From the NCBI GenBank assembly GCA_034520965.1, contig JAXHMY010000001.1:800001-864000 (forward strand): DNA of 64,000 nt. The letters are read 5' to 3'. Shown here piece by piece: positions 21,438 through 32,367 of this stretch; position 1 is the stretch's first letter, and each line of letters starts with the position of its first letter. The stretch is from Spirochaetia bacterium (GTDB lineage Bacteria > Spirochaetota > Spirochaetia > DSM-16054 > Sediminispirochaetaceae). Below the pieces are notes generated by a model. It was not told where the DNA came from. It ran no database searches and saw nothing but the letters and a program-made list of their open reading frames with translations. Position numbers and translations under genes: made by a program.

Positions 21438-22949
21438 ATGAAAACATTTATTACAGACGATTTTATGCTGCAGAATGATACAGCCCGCGAGTTGTATCAT
21501 TCCTATGCAAGGGAAATGCCGATATTCGATTTCCATTGTCACCTGCCGCCAAAGGAAATTGCCGAAAACAGCCGCTATTCTTCGATTACCGATGTTTGGC
21601 TGGGGGGCGACCACTATAAGTGGAGGGCGATGCGCTCCGACGGAGTTGATGAGCGTGCGGTAACAGGAGATGCGAATGACTGGAAGAAGTTCGAAGCCTG
21701 GGCAGCGACCCTTCAGCATGCCGTAGGCAACCCCCTGTACCACTGGAGCCACCTGGAGCTGCTGCGCTATTTTGGAATTGACGAGGTGCTTACGCCGGAG
21801 TCGGCCCCCCGGATATACGAGGAGGCCAACCGGCAGCTGCGGCAGGACGAGTTTAGAGTACGGCCCCTGCTGACAAAGATGAAGGTGAAGGCGGTCTGTA
21901 CCACCGACGATCCGGCGGATACCCTGGAGCATCACCAGGCGATTGCCGGGCTGGGCTCCGGGCTCGGCGCCGGCAGCAAGGTCAACGCGGGGGGCAAGAC
22001 AGGGGGCGAATCGGGCGGCAAGATAGGGGGCGCCGCCGCAGGCGGCTTTGATACCACCGTGGTGCCCACCTTCCGCCCTGATAAAGCCCTGGCCATTGAA
22101 GATCCCCAGGCTTTCCGCCGTTACCTGGAGACCCTCGGCCGCTCCGCCAATCTGGAAATAAAGTCCTACCGCGACCTGATCGATGCACTGGACTCGCGGC
22201 ACGCCTTTTTTCACAGCATTGGGGGGCGGGTATCCGACCATGCCCTGGTGGCTCCCTTTGCAGAAGAGGGCAGCGAAGCCGATGTTGCGCGAACATTTGC
22301 AAAGGTGCGCAGCGGCGAGAAGGCCGACCGCTACGAGACACTGCAGTTCAAGACGGCGGTACTGCGGGAAATCGGGCGGATGAACTACCGCCGCGGCTGG
22401 ACTATGCAGCTGCACATCGGGGCCCAGCGCAACAACAACAGCCGCATGTTCAAGACCCTAGGGCCCGACACCGGTTTCGATTCGATGGCCGATGCACTGG
22501 TAGCAGCCCCTCTGGCCCGTTTTCTCGACATGCTCGACTCGGAACAGCATCTGCCCAAAACCATTATGTATGTGCTGAACCCGCGGGATAACGACCTGGT
22601 CGCCAGCATTATCGGCGCCTTTCAGGACGGCAGTGTTCCCGGAAAAATTCAACTGGGCTCGGGCTGGTGGTTTAACGACCACAAGGACGGAATGGAGCGG
22701 CAGATGACCGCCCTGGCGAACATGGGCCTGCTGTACAGATTTGTGGGTATGCTGACCGACTCGCGCAGTTTTCTCAGCTTTCCCCGGCACGAATACTTCC
22801 GCCGAATATTATGTAATTTAGTCGGCGAGTGGGTTGAGCGGGGAGAAACTCCGAAGGATATGAAATTTCTCGGCGAGATGGTTCAAAAAATTAGCTATCA
22901 AAATGCCGAGGACTACTTCGGTATTGCTACAGGAAGCTCTGTTGATTAG
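21438..22949 (+). CDS. uxaC: Glucuronate isomerase
   Basis: DFHCHL, GDHYKWRAMR, TTDDP, WWFND, LTDSRSFLS.PRHEYFRR. Confidence 0.96.
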   Translation: MKTFITDDFMLQNDTARELYHSYAREMPIFDFHCHLPPKEIAENSRYSSITDVWLGGDHYKWRAMRSDGVDERAVTGDANDWKKFEAWAATLQHAVGNPLYHWSHLELLRYFGIDEVLTPESAPRIYEEANRQLRQDEFRVRPLLTKMKVKAVCTTDDPADTLEHHQAIAGLGSGLGAGSKVNAGGKTGGESGGKIGGAAAGGFDTTVVPTFRPDKALAIEDPQAFRRYLETLGRSANLEIKSYRDLIDALDSRHAFFHSIGGRVSDHALVAPFAEEGSEADVARTFAKVRSGEKADRYETLQFKTAVLREIGRMNYRRGWTMQLHIGAQRNNNSRMFKTLGPDTGFDSMADALVAAPLARFLDMLDSEQHLPKTIMYVLNPRDNDLVASIIGAFQDGSVPGKIQLGSGWWFNDHKDGMERQMTALANMGLLYRFVGMLTDSRSFLSFPRHEYFRRILCNLVGEWVERGETPKDMKFLGEMVQKISYQNAEDYFGIATGSSVD

Positions 22950-22978
22950 GCTTTAGGCCATCGAAGTATTAGAAGAAC

Positions 22979-24535
22979 ATGAGGAGCACACAGATGAAAA
23001 GAATTGTACTTGAAATAAATGAAAAAGGGCTGATGGATAAAAGCCAAGCCCAGTTAGACCAGCTAAAGACGGACCCCCATAACCTGATTCAAAAAGACGG
23101 TATGCGCTTGTATCCCCGTTCCCTCTACCGGCGGGGAGAAGCCCTCTACTGCATTGCGATGCTGGACAATGTAAAACAGCTCTACCGAATTTCCAAAGCC
23201 CCGGTACATGACGGGTTGGAAGGTGCCGAGGCGAAGATCGAGGGGCTGCATGTGCTCGAGGCAGCCCTTACCACACAAAACGCCGAAGCCCTGCACAGCC
23301 TGTTTCCATTTACCACTCCAAAGTCTCTGCGGGAGGAACGGACTACCATTGGCTGCGGCGACCGTCTGGGCCTGGCCACCGCCGCACATCTGCGGGCGGT
23401 ACGTAAGTTCAAAGCCTTTCCGGTGCTCGCCCAGCAGTCGATCCGGGAGCTTAACTTTACCGGTCGAAACTTCGAGGGGGTGGTAACCGACGCCTCTTTC
23501 CTGGTATTTCAGGAAGGGTATGAAGGCGGCTGGGGAGCCGACGGGGACCATCTGAAAACCATAGATGATATCGATGTGGCTCTGCAGGCAAAAATGCCGA
23601 TGATCACCCTAGACCTGACCGCGGTGCTGCATCCGGAAGCCGCCGATTATTCTGAAGAGAAACTGAAGTCAGAGTTCGACAAGCTCCCCCAGGAGGTCCG
23701 GGAGTACATTGAGAAATACTACAGCACCCGGATTTTTAATATCGGCGAGGGTACCATTTCACTTAGCGAGAGCGAAGCCGGAAAGTGTGCCCTGATGTAC
23801 TGGGATGCCCTGGAGTTTGCCGCCAAGGTCGACACGCACCTGCGCAGTAAGCGGGGGGACCAATACGACCTGGAGATCAGCATAGATGAGACCACCTCGC
23901 CAACCCTGCCTGCCCACCACTTGTTTATCATTATGGAGCTGCAGCGCCGGGGAGTAACGGTAAATTCGCTGGCCCCGCGCTTTATAGGCGACTTTCAGAA
24001 GGCCGTAGACTATATCGGCGTGGTAGACGTGTTCGAAAGGCAGTTCAGGGTACATTGCGACATTGCCAAGGCCCACGGGGACTACAAAATTTCCATACAC
24101 TCGGGGAGCGACAAATTTTCCGTGTATCCGGTTATTGGAAAACACACCCACGGTAAGCTGCACCTCAAAACCGCCGGGACCAGCTGGCTTGAGGCGCTGC
24201 GGACTATTTCCCAGGCCGATCCCGAGCTCTACCGGCTTATCCACCTCAAAGCGGCCGAGTACTACCCGGAAGCCCTAAAGAGCTACCATATTACCGCCGA
24301 TATCTCGGTGCTGCCGAAACTCGAGGATACCCCGGATGCAGATTTGGGCAAGTTTTTGGAGATAAGCGAATCGCGGCAGATGCTGCACATCACCTACGGA
24401 GGCCTGCTGAACGACCCTGAAGTACGGGAGCGTTTTTTCGCAGCCCTTGCTGAGCATGAGGAACTGCACTACGAGCTGCTGGAAAAACATTTTACAAAAC
24501 ATCTTGAGAGATTGGGCTTAGAGCGCGTACAATAG
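22979..24535 (+). CDS. uxaE: Tagaturonate/fructuronate epimerase
   Basis: GDRLGLA, AQQSIRE, GADGDHLK, EISIDET, SIHSGSDKF, HLKTAGTSWLEA. Confidence 0.9.
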   Translation: MRSTQMKRIVLEINEKGLMDKSQAQLDQLKTDPHNLIQKDGMRLYPRSLYRRGEALYCIAMLDNVKQLYRISKAPVHDGLEGAEAKIEGLHVLEAALTTQNAEALHSLFPFTTPKSLREERTTIGCGDRLGLATAAHLRAVRKFKAFPVLAQQSIRELNFTGRNFEGVVTDASFLVFQEGYEGGWGADGDHLKTIDDIDVALQAKMPMITLDLTAVLHPEAADYSEEKLKSEFDKLPQEVREYIEKYYSTRIFNIGEGTISLSESEAGKCALMYWDALEFAAKVDTHLRSKRGDQYDLEISIDETTSPTLPAHHLFIIMELQRRGVTVNSLAPRFIGDFQKAVDYIGVVDVFERQFRVHCDIAKAHGDYKISIHSGSDKFSVYPVIGKHTHGKLHLKTAGTSWLEALRTISQADPELYRLIHLKAAEYYPEALKSYHITADISVLPKLEDTPDADLGKFLEISESRQMLHITYGGLLNDPEVRERFFAALAEHEELHYELLEKHFTKHLERLGLERVQ

Positions 24536-24541
24536 GGGGTA

Positions 24542-25939
24542 ATGACGGAAAACCGAAGGACCCTGCTGATAGACGACGATACTACCGCACTTGAGCTGAT
24601 TAAAGACCTGCTCGAGCCAAAGGGCATTCAGGTCCATTTAGCTAACTCGGTGGACAGGGCAATTGAAAAACTTGCCTTTAACAGCTACCAGGTTGTGGTT
24701 ACCGATTCAAAGATGCCCGGCAAGAGCGGCATGGATATGCTCGATTATTGCCGGGCACACTTTTCTGAAATTCCGGTGGTTATTCTGACCGGCCACGCTA
24801 CAGTTCCCAGTGCAGTGGAAGCCCTAAAGAAAGGTGCCTTTGACTATATTTCCAAACCGATTCAAATTGAAGAGCTTGAGCTGGTTATCAATAAGGCCAT
24901 CTCCCACGAAAAACTCAAAGCCCAGAACATCTTCCTCAAAGAGGAGCTGGAGAAGCGGGAAGAGTTGCTGTTCGACACTCACAGTACCGAGCTCCAGCGG
25001 GTCTATGAAACCATCCATAATCTGCACGACATAAACTCGACGGTACTGCTTACCGGCGAGTCGGGAACCGGCAAAGAGGTTATTGCCCGGCTGATCCACC
25101 GCAGCAGTTCCCGCGGGGCCGGCAGCTTTGTACCGATAAACTGCGGAGCCATTCCGGAGCAACTGATTGAGTCGGAGCTGTTCGGTTATGAGAAGGGCGC
25201 CTTTACCGATGCAAAGCAGCGCACCAAGGGAAAACTGGAAATTGCCGACGGGGGAACCCTGTTTTTGGATGAGATTAACGAACTTCCCCCCAAGGCACAA
25301 GTTTCGCTGCTGCGCTTTATTCAGGAACGGGTGGTGGTGCCCCTCGGTTCAACCCGGCAGGTGCATGTGGATGTAAGGATAATCGCAGCCTCCAATAAGG
25401 ACCTGGCACAGCTTGTGCGGCAGAACCTATTTCGGGAGGATCTGTTTTACCGCATCAATGTGATTCCTCTTGCAATGCCGCCGCTGCGCCGCAGAACCGA
25501 AGACATTGTTCCATTAGCCCAATGGTTTTTGCGAAAGTTCAGCCGTGAATACAACCGGCCGGTCCGCGGCCTGAGTAAAGCCGCCAAAACAGCCCTCAAG
25601 AATTATGACTGGCCGGGCAATATACGCGAGCTTCGCAACTGTATCGAGCGGGCTTCAATCATAGGAAATTCCGAGTATTTGGATACTGCCGATCTGTTCC
25701 TTCCGGGAAGCGGCGCTGGTGCTGAGGCCGAAAGCGCAGGCGGCAAAAAATCCAGCCGGCAGCACTGTCGCGGCTGCTTTCAGGATTTGGGAATTATTCC
25801 GCTGAAACACTTGGAAGAGGAGTATATCCGTTTTGTAGTGCAAGAGCTGGGGGGCAACAAGAGCCGGGCGGCGCAAAGTCTTGGAGTTTCAGTACGGGGC
25901 CTGCGATACAAATTGAATAATGAAGCAGATACGCAATAG
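24542..25939 (+). CDS. NtrC-family sigma54-dependent response regulator
   Basis: REC, GESGTGKE, GAFTDA, WPGNIREL, Fis-type HTH. Confidence 0.95.
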   Translation: MTENRRTLLIDDDTTALELIKDLLEPKGIQVHLANSVDRAIEKLAFNSYQVVVTDSKMPGKSGMDMLDYCRAHFSEIPVVILTGHATVPSAVEALKKGAFDYISKPIQIEELELVINKAISHEKLKAQNIFLKEELEKREELLFDTHSTELQRVYETIHNLHDINSTVLLTGESGTGKEVIARLIHRSSSRGAGSFVPINCGAIPEQLIESELFGYEKGAFTDAKQRTKGKLEIADGGTLFLDEINELPPKAQVSLLRFIQERVVVPLGSTRQVHVDVRIIAASNKDLAQLVRQNLFREDLFYRINVIPLAMPPLRRRTEDIVPLAQWFLRKFSREYNRPVRGLSKAAKTALKNYDWPGNIRELRNCIERASIIGNSEYLDTADLFLPGSGAGAEAESAGGKKSSRQHCRGCFQDLGIIPLKHLEEEYIRFVVQELGGNKSRAAQSLGVSVRGLRYKLNNEADTQ

Positions 25940-27587
25940 ACTGTTTATCCAGATTCTCATTCCCACGATGATTATCTTTTTTCTGGTAATCGGCGGAGGC
26001 CTGCTGTACGTGAACCGCTCCTTCGAGCAGCAGGTGGTAGAGCAAAAATCAAGCGAACTTACCAAAGCATCCCGGGCGATTCATAATTGGCTGGTAGCTC
26101 GAATATCCAACTTAATTCAACTTTCACGTACACCCCTTATGCACAAGAATAGTCGAAGGGAGGTGAGCGAATTTTTACGGGAAGAGAGAAAGCGGCTCGC
26201 CTTCATCTATGATGCCATGTACTATATTAACCTCGACGGGAGCTACTGGAGTACCTCGGGGGAGTCGGGCAGCCTTGACGGTGACTTGCCCCTGTTTGAT
26301 AACTTGATAGAAGGGAATCGCCTGTTTTACTACCACGGGCCGGTACTCGACAGTGAGGTTTTCTCCGATTCGATTCTGATCGCCGTTCCAATCGAAAATG
26401 GCGACAGCCGCAGCGCAGTTCTGGCGGCAACTATTCCCATCCCCACCTTTCAGCGGATGGTAAGCTACTTTACCATGGAGGAGTTCGACAGCTTTATGAT
26501 GGTAAACCCCCGGTCAATCATCATAGTACATTCGGACACAAATATGATTGGCACCAGCGAGCGGGGCGAGTACGGAACCACCTTCTCCTCCGACACACGC
26601 CGGCGGGATGATATGGTGTTTGTTTCGGTTCTGCGCACTACATGGAAGCTCGTGGGCTTTATAGATCGTAACAAAATGCTCGCTCCAATTGTTCAGATAA
26701 ACCAACTTGCCACGGTCTTTTTTTTCCTGGTTCTTCTAATCATCGGATCGGTTTCTCTTGCCATTTCGTACCATGTAGCCCGTCCGATCCGCCGGCTTAC
26801 CAGCCGGGTAAACTCTATTATGGAGGGCAACTATCGCCAAAAAATACAATTGAACACCCAGGATGAGCTGGAGGAGCTGGCGGAGGCCTTTAACCGCCTG
26901 AGCGACCGGCTGATACGACTCAGAACCGACGATAGGTTTGTATTCTTAGGTCATGTATCAGCCCGGGTGGCCCACGAGGTCCGTAAACCCCTGCACATTA
27001 TCCAGCTCGTAGTGCAGACACTAAAAAAGAATTCCTCCGAAAACGAGAAACATCTGCACATGATAGAGAGCGAGGTGGAAAACGCCGACCGGTTTGTGGG
27101 AGAGATACTCAACTTCGCCCGTCCCGAACAAATTAACAGTACCCGTTACGACCTTCACTTACTACTGGAAAAGATCATTCGCAAGTACCAAATAATGGCT
27201 GAGGAGGCTGAGATCCAGCTGAGCTTGGAGGAAAATGAAAAAATCCATCCGCTTTATATGGATATTATTAAGATGGAAGAGGCTATTTCCAACCTGCTGA
27301 TCAACTCCATCGAGTCTCTTGAGGACATGAAAGAGGGGGAACGACGGATTACCGTCTCCCTCTACACCCGGGGCAATGAGATAATAATTGCGGTGGAAGA
27401 CACCGGCCCCGGCTTTCCGGAGGATGATATAGACAAACTTCTGGACCCCTATTTTACTACCAAGGACGAGGGAACCGGCTTGGGCCTGTCGATCAGTTAT
27501 CGTATTTTAACCGCCCACGGGGGCAAGCTGATTTTGGAGAACACCCTGGAACACCACGCCCGTATCCTTATCACCCTGCCCCTATAG
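25920..27587 (+). CDS. Membrane sensor histidine kinase (Cache/HAMP)
   Basis: Two TM segments, HAMP, VAHEVRKPL, GTGLGL. Confidence 0.92.
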   Translation: MKQIRNRLFIQILIPTMIIFFLVIGGGLLYVNRSFEQQVVEQKSSELTKASRAIHNWLVARISNLIQLSRTPLMHKNSRREVSEFLREERKRLAFIYDAMYYINLDGSYWSTSGESGSLDGDLPLFDNLIEGNRLFYYHGPVLDSEVFSDSILIAVPIENGDSRSAVLAATIPIPTFQRMVSYFTMEEFDSFMMVNPRSIIIVHSDTNMIGTSERGEYGTTFSSDTRRRDDMVFVSVLRTTWKLVGFIDRNKMLAPIVQINQLATVFFFLVLLIIGSVSLAISYHVARPIRRLTSRVNSIMEGNYRQKIQLNTQDELEELAEAFNRLSDRLIRLRTDDRFVFLGHVSARVAHEVRKPLHIIQLVVQTLKKNSSENEKHLHMIESEVENADRFVGEILNFARPEQINSTRYDLHLLLEKIIRKYQIMAEEAEIQLSLEENEKIHPLYMDIIKMEEAISNLLINSIESLEDMKEGERRITVSLYTRGNEIIIAVEDTGPGFPEDDIDKLLDPYFTTKDEGTGLGLSISYRILTAHGGKLILENTLEHHARILITLPL

Positions 27588-27797
27588 TGGCTTAGCAGCA
27601 GAGACTTTTTAGCGGAGCCTGCCCTGCAAAAATTGCCGCTGAGTAGGAATTATTTGCCTATCCGGCGGGAACCTGTGGTTCAAAGCTTGTGGGTTCAGAG
27701 CTGGATTGGGCGACGCCCGATTCTCGGACGGCGCCTTTCTTACTCCCTTGCAATGATTTAAAATAAATTACATAAAGCTGCTTCCCACCAGGCCAGA

Positions 27798-27813
27798 TGG
27801 CATAAAGATTGCA
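27798..27813 (+). promoter_or_regulatory. sigma54 -24/-12 promoter
   Basis: TGGCAT-AAAGA-TTGCA with GG-N10-GC spacing, 34 bp before the SBP gene, next to an NtrC-type activator. Confidence 0.8.
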
Positions 27814-27846
27814 TTTGCATAAGAAACCATAGAAAGGAGTGTAGCA

Positions 27847-29160
27847 ATGAAAAGGTTTCTTATTGTGCTATTGATTCTGTGTGTCGCTACCGCCCTGTTT
27901 GCCGGAGGGCAGCAAGAGGCGGCGGAACCTCAGGAAGAACAACAGGAGGTTAGAACCCTGCGCGTAGCCGCCCCGCCCTGGATTTACTTGAAATTCGATT
28001 TGGAGAACTACGCTAAGGAGTTTGATGCGGCCCATCCGGAGGTAAAACTGGAGCTGATCCGGGCGGACAAATGGGGAGGCCCCACCTACATCACTGAATG
28101 GAAGCAGGGTACCACCCCCTTTGACGTGTTTGTCGGCGGAAGCGGCTCGATGCTGGCACCTCTGATTTCCGGAGGATGGACCGAACCGATGGACTCGATG
28201 TTCACCGGCGATATGGCCAAGGACGAGTTTGTGGGCGGATTCCTTTCCGCCGGACACTACAAAAAACCGGAGGGCGACGGCACCTACTATCCGTGTATTC
28301 CCTTTGTAGGCGAGGTCTCTATCATTGGCGTAAACACCTCGATTATGAAAGATGCAGGACTCTGGGAAGGTGGAAGCCCGAAACCGATTCCCGGCTGGGA
28401 GCCTCAGGCCTTCAGAAACTGGTTCGGGGCACTGAACGAGGCCTCGGAACTGGGCGCCCACGTACAGATTTGGGACCGAGAGTTTATGCAGTACAACTAC
28501 GCCGGCCCGATTAAAGCCATGACCGGCACCTTTATGGAGGAGGACGGCAGAGGTTTTGATGTAACCAGCGATGCTGCCAAGCGCTGGCTCACCTATCTAC
28601 AGGAGATGCACGATGAGGGCGTAGCCGCCTACACCACATCCGACGATCAGGGCTACCAGAAATGGAAAACCAATGCTACCGGTTCGTTTTACGCAGCCCA
28701 GGGCCACATTATGGAGCTGGTCAGTGTCACCGAAGATGAATCCGACATAGCATACATCGGATGGCCGGATGCCGACAAAAATGGAAGCATTATTTGGACC
28801 CACTCGGTGTGGATACCCAAGGTCGCGAAAAACAAGGACCTGGCCAAAGCCTTTATCCGCGAGGTGGTTTTTTCTAAAGAGATGCAGCAGTGGAGTTTTA
28901 ACAACTACGGAAAACTGCCGGTTATGAAGGATTACTACGGCGAGGGCATTACCTGGTTTCAGGACCAAATGCCGACCATTTTGTCGGTGGCCGATGCATC
29001 CAGCCCGATTCCTCTGTTTGCGGACCTACAGGAATACCTGGACATACTGTATAAATATCTGCCGGAAGCAGCCTTTGGACGCATGAGTGTCGATAAAGCC
29101 CTGCAGAACATCCAAGATGAATCTGAAGACCTGGACTTCTCGGACCTGCGCGCCCAGTAA
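27847..29160 (+). CDS. Carbohydrate ABC transporter substrate-binding protein
   Basis: Leader ending LFAGGQQE; followed by two permeases. Confidence 0.8.
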   Translation: MKRFLIVLLILCVATALFAGGQQEAAEPQEEQQEVRTLRVAAPPWIYLKFDLENYAKEFDAAHPEVKLELIRADKWGGPTYITEWKQGTTPFDVFVGGSGSMLAPLISGGWTEPMDSMFTGDMAKDEFVGGFLSAGHYKKPEGDGTYYPCIPFVGEVSIIGVNTSIMKDAGLWEGGSPKPIPGWEPQAFRNWFGALNEASELGAHVQIWDREFMQYNYAGPIKAMTGTFMEEDGRGFDVTSDAAKRWLTYLQEMHDEGVAAYTTSDDQGYQKWKTNATGSFYAAQGHIMELVSVTEDESDIAYIGWPDADKNGSIIWTHSVWIPKVAKNKDLAKAFIREVVFSKEMQQWSFNNYGKLPVMKDYYGEGITWFQDQMPTILSVADASSPIPLFADLQEYLDILYKYLPEAAFGRMSVDKALQNIQDESEDLDFSDLRAQ

Positions 29161-29193
29161 GGGCGAGCAGTAGCATAAAGGCCGGCGGGGGCG

Positions 29194-30162
29194 GTGAGTC
29201 GCCCTCGCCCGGCCTATTTTACTAGAGTCTTAAACTATGTTCTTGAGGTGGCATTCATGAAACAGCTGACAAAAAACAGTCTGCAGGACCGACTGAATCT
29301 AGCTTTTTTTCTTTTTCCGACCATGTTGTTTGTAATTATATTTATCGCCTTTCCCGTTCTATTTTCCGGGTACTTGAGTTTGACCGAGTTCAACTACGCC
29401 TCGGACCCGGCACCGAAGTTCATTGGCCTGAATGGCTACATCGAAATGATAAAAAACGACGTTTTTTTTCACACCGCCCTTTTTAACCAGATGCGCTTTG
29501 CGGTAGCCTACTTTGTACTCGCTTTTGCAGTATCCCTTGTTTTGGCAATTTTCGTAAATGAACTTCGGCGGGGGGTTCAAGTTTTTCAGGTTATCTTCTA
29601 TATGCCGATGATCGTGCCGATGTCCCTGGTAGGTATTACCTTTGCCTGGATTCTATCTCCGGACCTGGGTATTTTTAACCATGTATTGAAGCTCCTTGGT
29701 TTGGGCCATGTCACCCACGACTGGTACGGTGAGCCGAGCACAGCCCTCAACAGTCTGGTACTGGCCCGAACTTGGAAGATGATCGGCTTTACCCTAATAA
29801 TTTTTTTAGCCGGGCTACAGGGAATTTCAAAATCCCTGAAGGAATCCGCCCGGGTGGATGGGGCAAACTTTTTTCAGGAGATTGTGTTTATAGTACTACC
29901 GAACCTCAAGCCTTACATGTTGATCGGGGGCATCTGGATCCTCATCAATTCGCTGAAGGTCTTTGTCCTGCCCCAGGTTATTACCGGGGGCGGTCCCGGT
30001 TCAGCAACCATGACACTGTATCTCTACTCATGGAAACTCGCCTTTGAGCGGCTGCATATGGGAGAAGCTTCCCAGGTTGCCTATTTGACGGCTCTTATCA
30101 TCTTATTTTTTACCTGGATTCTTAACCTCATTTTCAAGCCTGAAACAGCCCAGAAGGGATAG
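29194..30162 (+). CDS. Carbohydrate ABC permease (MalF-like)
   Basis: FLAGLQGI...ESARVDGA EAA loop. Confidence 0.9.
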   Translation: MSRPRPAYFTRVLNYVLEVAFMKQLTKNSLQDRLNLAFFLFPTMLFVIIFIAFPVLFSGYLSLTEFNYASDPAPKFIGLNGYIEMIKNDVFFHTALFNQMRFAVAYFVLAFAVSLVLAIFVNELRRGVQVFQVIFYMPMIVPMSLVGITFAWILSPDLGIFNHVLKLLGLGHVTHDWYGEPSTALNSLVLARTWKMIGFTLIIFLAGLQGISKSLKESARVDGANFFQEIVFIVLPNLKPYMLIGGIWILINSLKVFVLPQVITGGGPGSATMTLYLYSWKLAFERLHMGEASQVAYLTALIILFFTWILNLIFKPETAQKG

Positions 30163-30171
30163 GAGTAGATT

Positions 30172-31009
30172 ATGAAAATGGCCCATAGACGAGAAAAAAT
30201 ACTATTTATCTTTGTATTAGCATTTGCGATTCTATTTCTCTTCCCGATAGTATGGATGTTCATTACATCGATTCGAACTACCCAGGACCTGTACAAGTAT
30301 CCCCCCACCCTAATTCCCCATACCCTTACCTTGGAAAACTTTGTCTATATCTTTACCGAGATGGGCGGTTTTATTAGATACGTAATGAACAGTTCTAGTT
30401 GTCACTATTTCAACGGTTCTCATCGTGCTGGTTTCCAGCGCCATGGGCGGGTATGCCTTTGGCATGCGCAAGTTCAGGGGGCAGAATATTCTGTTTATGA
30501 TGATTGTGGGAGTACTCACTATTCCCTACATCATGTATCTGATTCCAATTTTTCTGATGGAATATGAAGTCGGTTTGCAGAACACCTGGTTGGGCCTGAT
30601 TTTTCCCTATGTCGCCCTTAACCTGCCCTGGGGTTTGCTGATAATGCGGGGGGCCTTTTCCACCATCCCCCTGGATATCCGGGACGCCGCCATTATCGAC
30701 GGCTGCACCGAAATTCAAATGTGGCGGAAAATACTGGTGCCGATCAATCGCCCTGCCCTGGCGGCCACCACCATTATTACCTTTGTGTTTGCCTGGCAGG
30801 AGTACATGTTTGCCAGCACCCTCATGACGAAGAACGAGTGGCAGACCCTGCCGGTGGGTATTGTGTGGCTGCGGGACGAGCTGCAGACCCTGGTAATGGG
30901 ACGGGTCGGTGCAATGGTAATTGTAACCATTCTGCCGGTGCTGATTCTCTTTTTTATCTTTCGCGACTTTTTCATTGAAGGCTTGAGCGAAGGGATGCTG
31001 AAAGGGTAA
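30172..31009 (+). CDS. Carbohydrate ABC permease (MalG-like), frameshift near 30395
   Basis: ORFs 30172-30567 and 30425-31009; DAAIIDG EAA loop, TLPVG. Confidence 0.85.
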
Positions 31010-31011
31010 GC

Positions 31012-32025
31012 TTGATTGTTATGAACAGAAAAACTTTGATACTGCTGCTGCCGGTCACCATTGTACTGGCAGCAACGGTGCTGTGGCTGACACTTTTATC
31101 ACCGAACCGCTCTTCCGAAGAAAACATTGTGTTAAAAGCGGCGGACGACCACGAACTGACCTACCCCACCACCCAAGGGCTGATTAAGATGGGAGACCTC
31201 TTGAAAGAGTGGACCCGCGGGCGGATTACCGTACAGGTATATCCCTTGGCCCAGCTCGGCTCGGAGAAGGAAACCATCGAACAAACAAAGCTGGGTGCAA
31301 TCGACATTAACCGGGTCAATATCAACCCGCTCACCCAAACCGAACCGAGTCTGAAGGTATTCTCCCTGCCCTACCTCTTCCGGGATGCGGAGCATATGCA
31401 CAAGGTGGTGGACGGCCCTATCGGCCGTGAGATGCTGGAAAAACTCGAATCTTCCGGACTAATCGGGCTGGGCTACTACGACTCCGGCCAGCGCAGCTTT
31501 TACAATTCGGTCAAGCCGATCCGCTCGATTGAGGACCTGCAGGGGCTAAAGATCCGCGTACAGAAGGCCGAGATAATGCAGGACCTGGTACGGGCGGTGG
31601 GGGCCGAACCAATCCGCCTGGCTTTTGAAGAGGTGTATACCGGCCTGCAGACCGGTGTTATTCACGGGGCGGAAAACAACTACCCCTCATGGATTACCAA
31701 GGGCCACTACGAGGTGGCAAAATACTACAGCATGGACTCCCATGTCAGGACTCCGGAGATTATACTCTTCAGCAAAAAAACCTGGGACCGGCTATCCGAG
31801 GAGGACCAGCAGCTTATCCGCCGTGCAGCCCAGGAGTCGGTTCCTTACCAGAGAAAACTGTGGCGTGAAAAGGTAGAGGCAGCTATTCACAAAGCCCGCG
31901 AGGCGGGCTGTGAAGTAATAACCGATATTGACATTTCCAGCTTTCGCGATGCCATGGAACCGGTGTATTCTATCCACGGAAAGAACCTTAACGAATACAT
32001 CGAGCGTATTCGGGCGGTGGAATGA
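31012..32025 (+). CDS. dctP: TRAP transporter solute-binding protein (DctP family), no dctQM adjacent
   Basis: QLGSEKE, DLQGLKIRV, EVYTGLQTGVIHGAEN. Confidence 0.88.
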   Translation: MIVMNRKTLILLLPVTIVLAATVLWLTLLSPNRSSEENIVLKAADDHELTYPTTQGLIKMGDLLKEWTRGRITVQVYPLAQLGSEKETIEQTKLGAIDINRVNINPLTQTEPSLKVFSLPYLFRDAEHMHKVVDGPIGREMLEKLESSGLIGLGYYDSGQRSFYNSVKPIRSIEDLQGLKIRVQKAEIMQDLVRAVGAEPIRLAFEEVYTGLQTGVIHGAENNYPSWITKGHYEVAKYYSMDSHVRTPEIILFSKKTWDRLSEEDQQLIRRAAQESVPYQRKLWREKVEAAIHKAREAGCEVITDIDISSFRDAMEPVYSIHGKNLNEYIERIRAVE

Positions 32026-32367
32026 AAATGCATATACCTGTAGCAATGCTGTGAACGGCTTTCTGATTGGCGCATTAGTCTTCCTGGGCGGCGGCGGATG
32101 GAGCGCGAAGCGGCGGTGATTACCTTTTTAAGCTCACGGGAGTACTATGCTGTGTCGTTTTTCCAGTAAGGAATCAATCTAAAAGTTCATCGCCTGCAAT
32201 AATTTTTTTTTCACTATTCTTTGCAGCGTTAATATAGTTTTCGATAAACCGAATATCTTGAATATCTTCATATAGCTCTGATTGGCGACAATTATAATTA
32301 CCATTTCCATCTGTTCGTGGAAAAGTTCGCCCATAAAAACATATCAAATATGGCAAAGGCCTGAACA

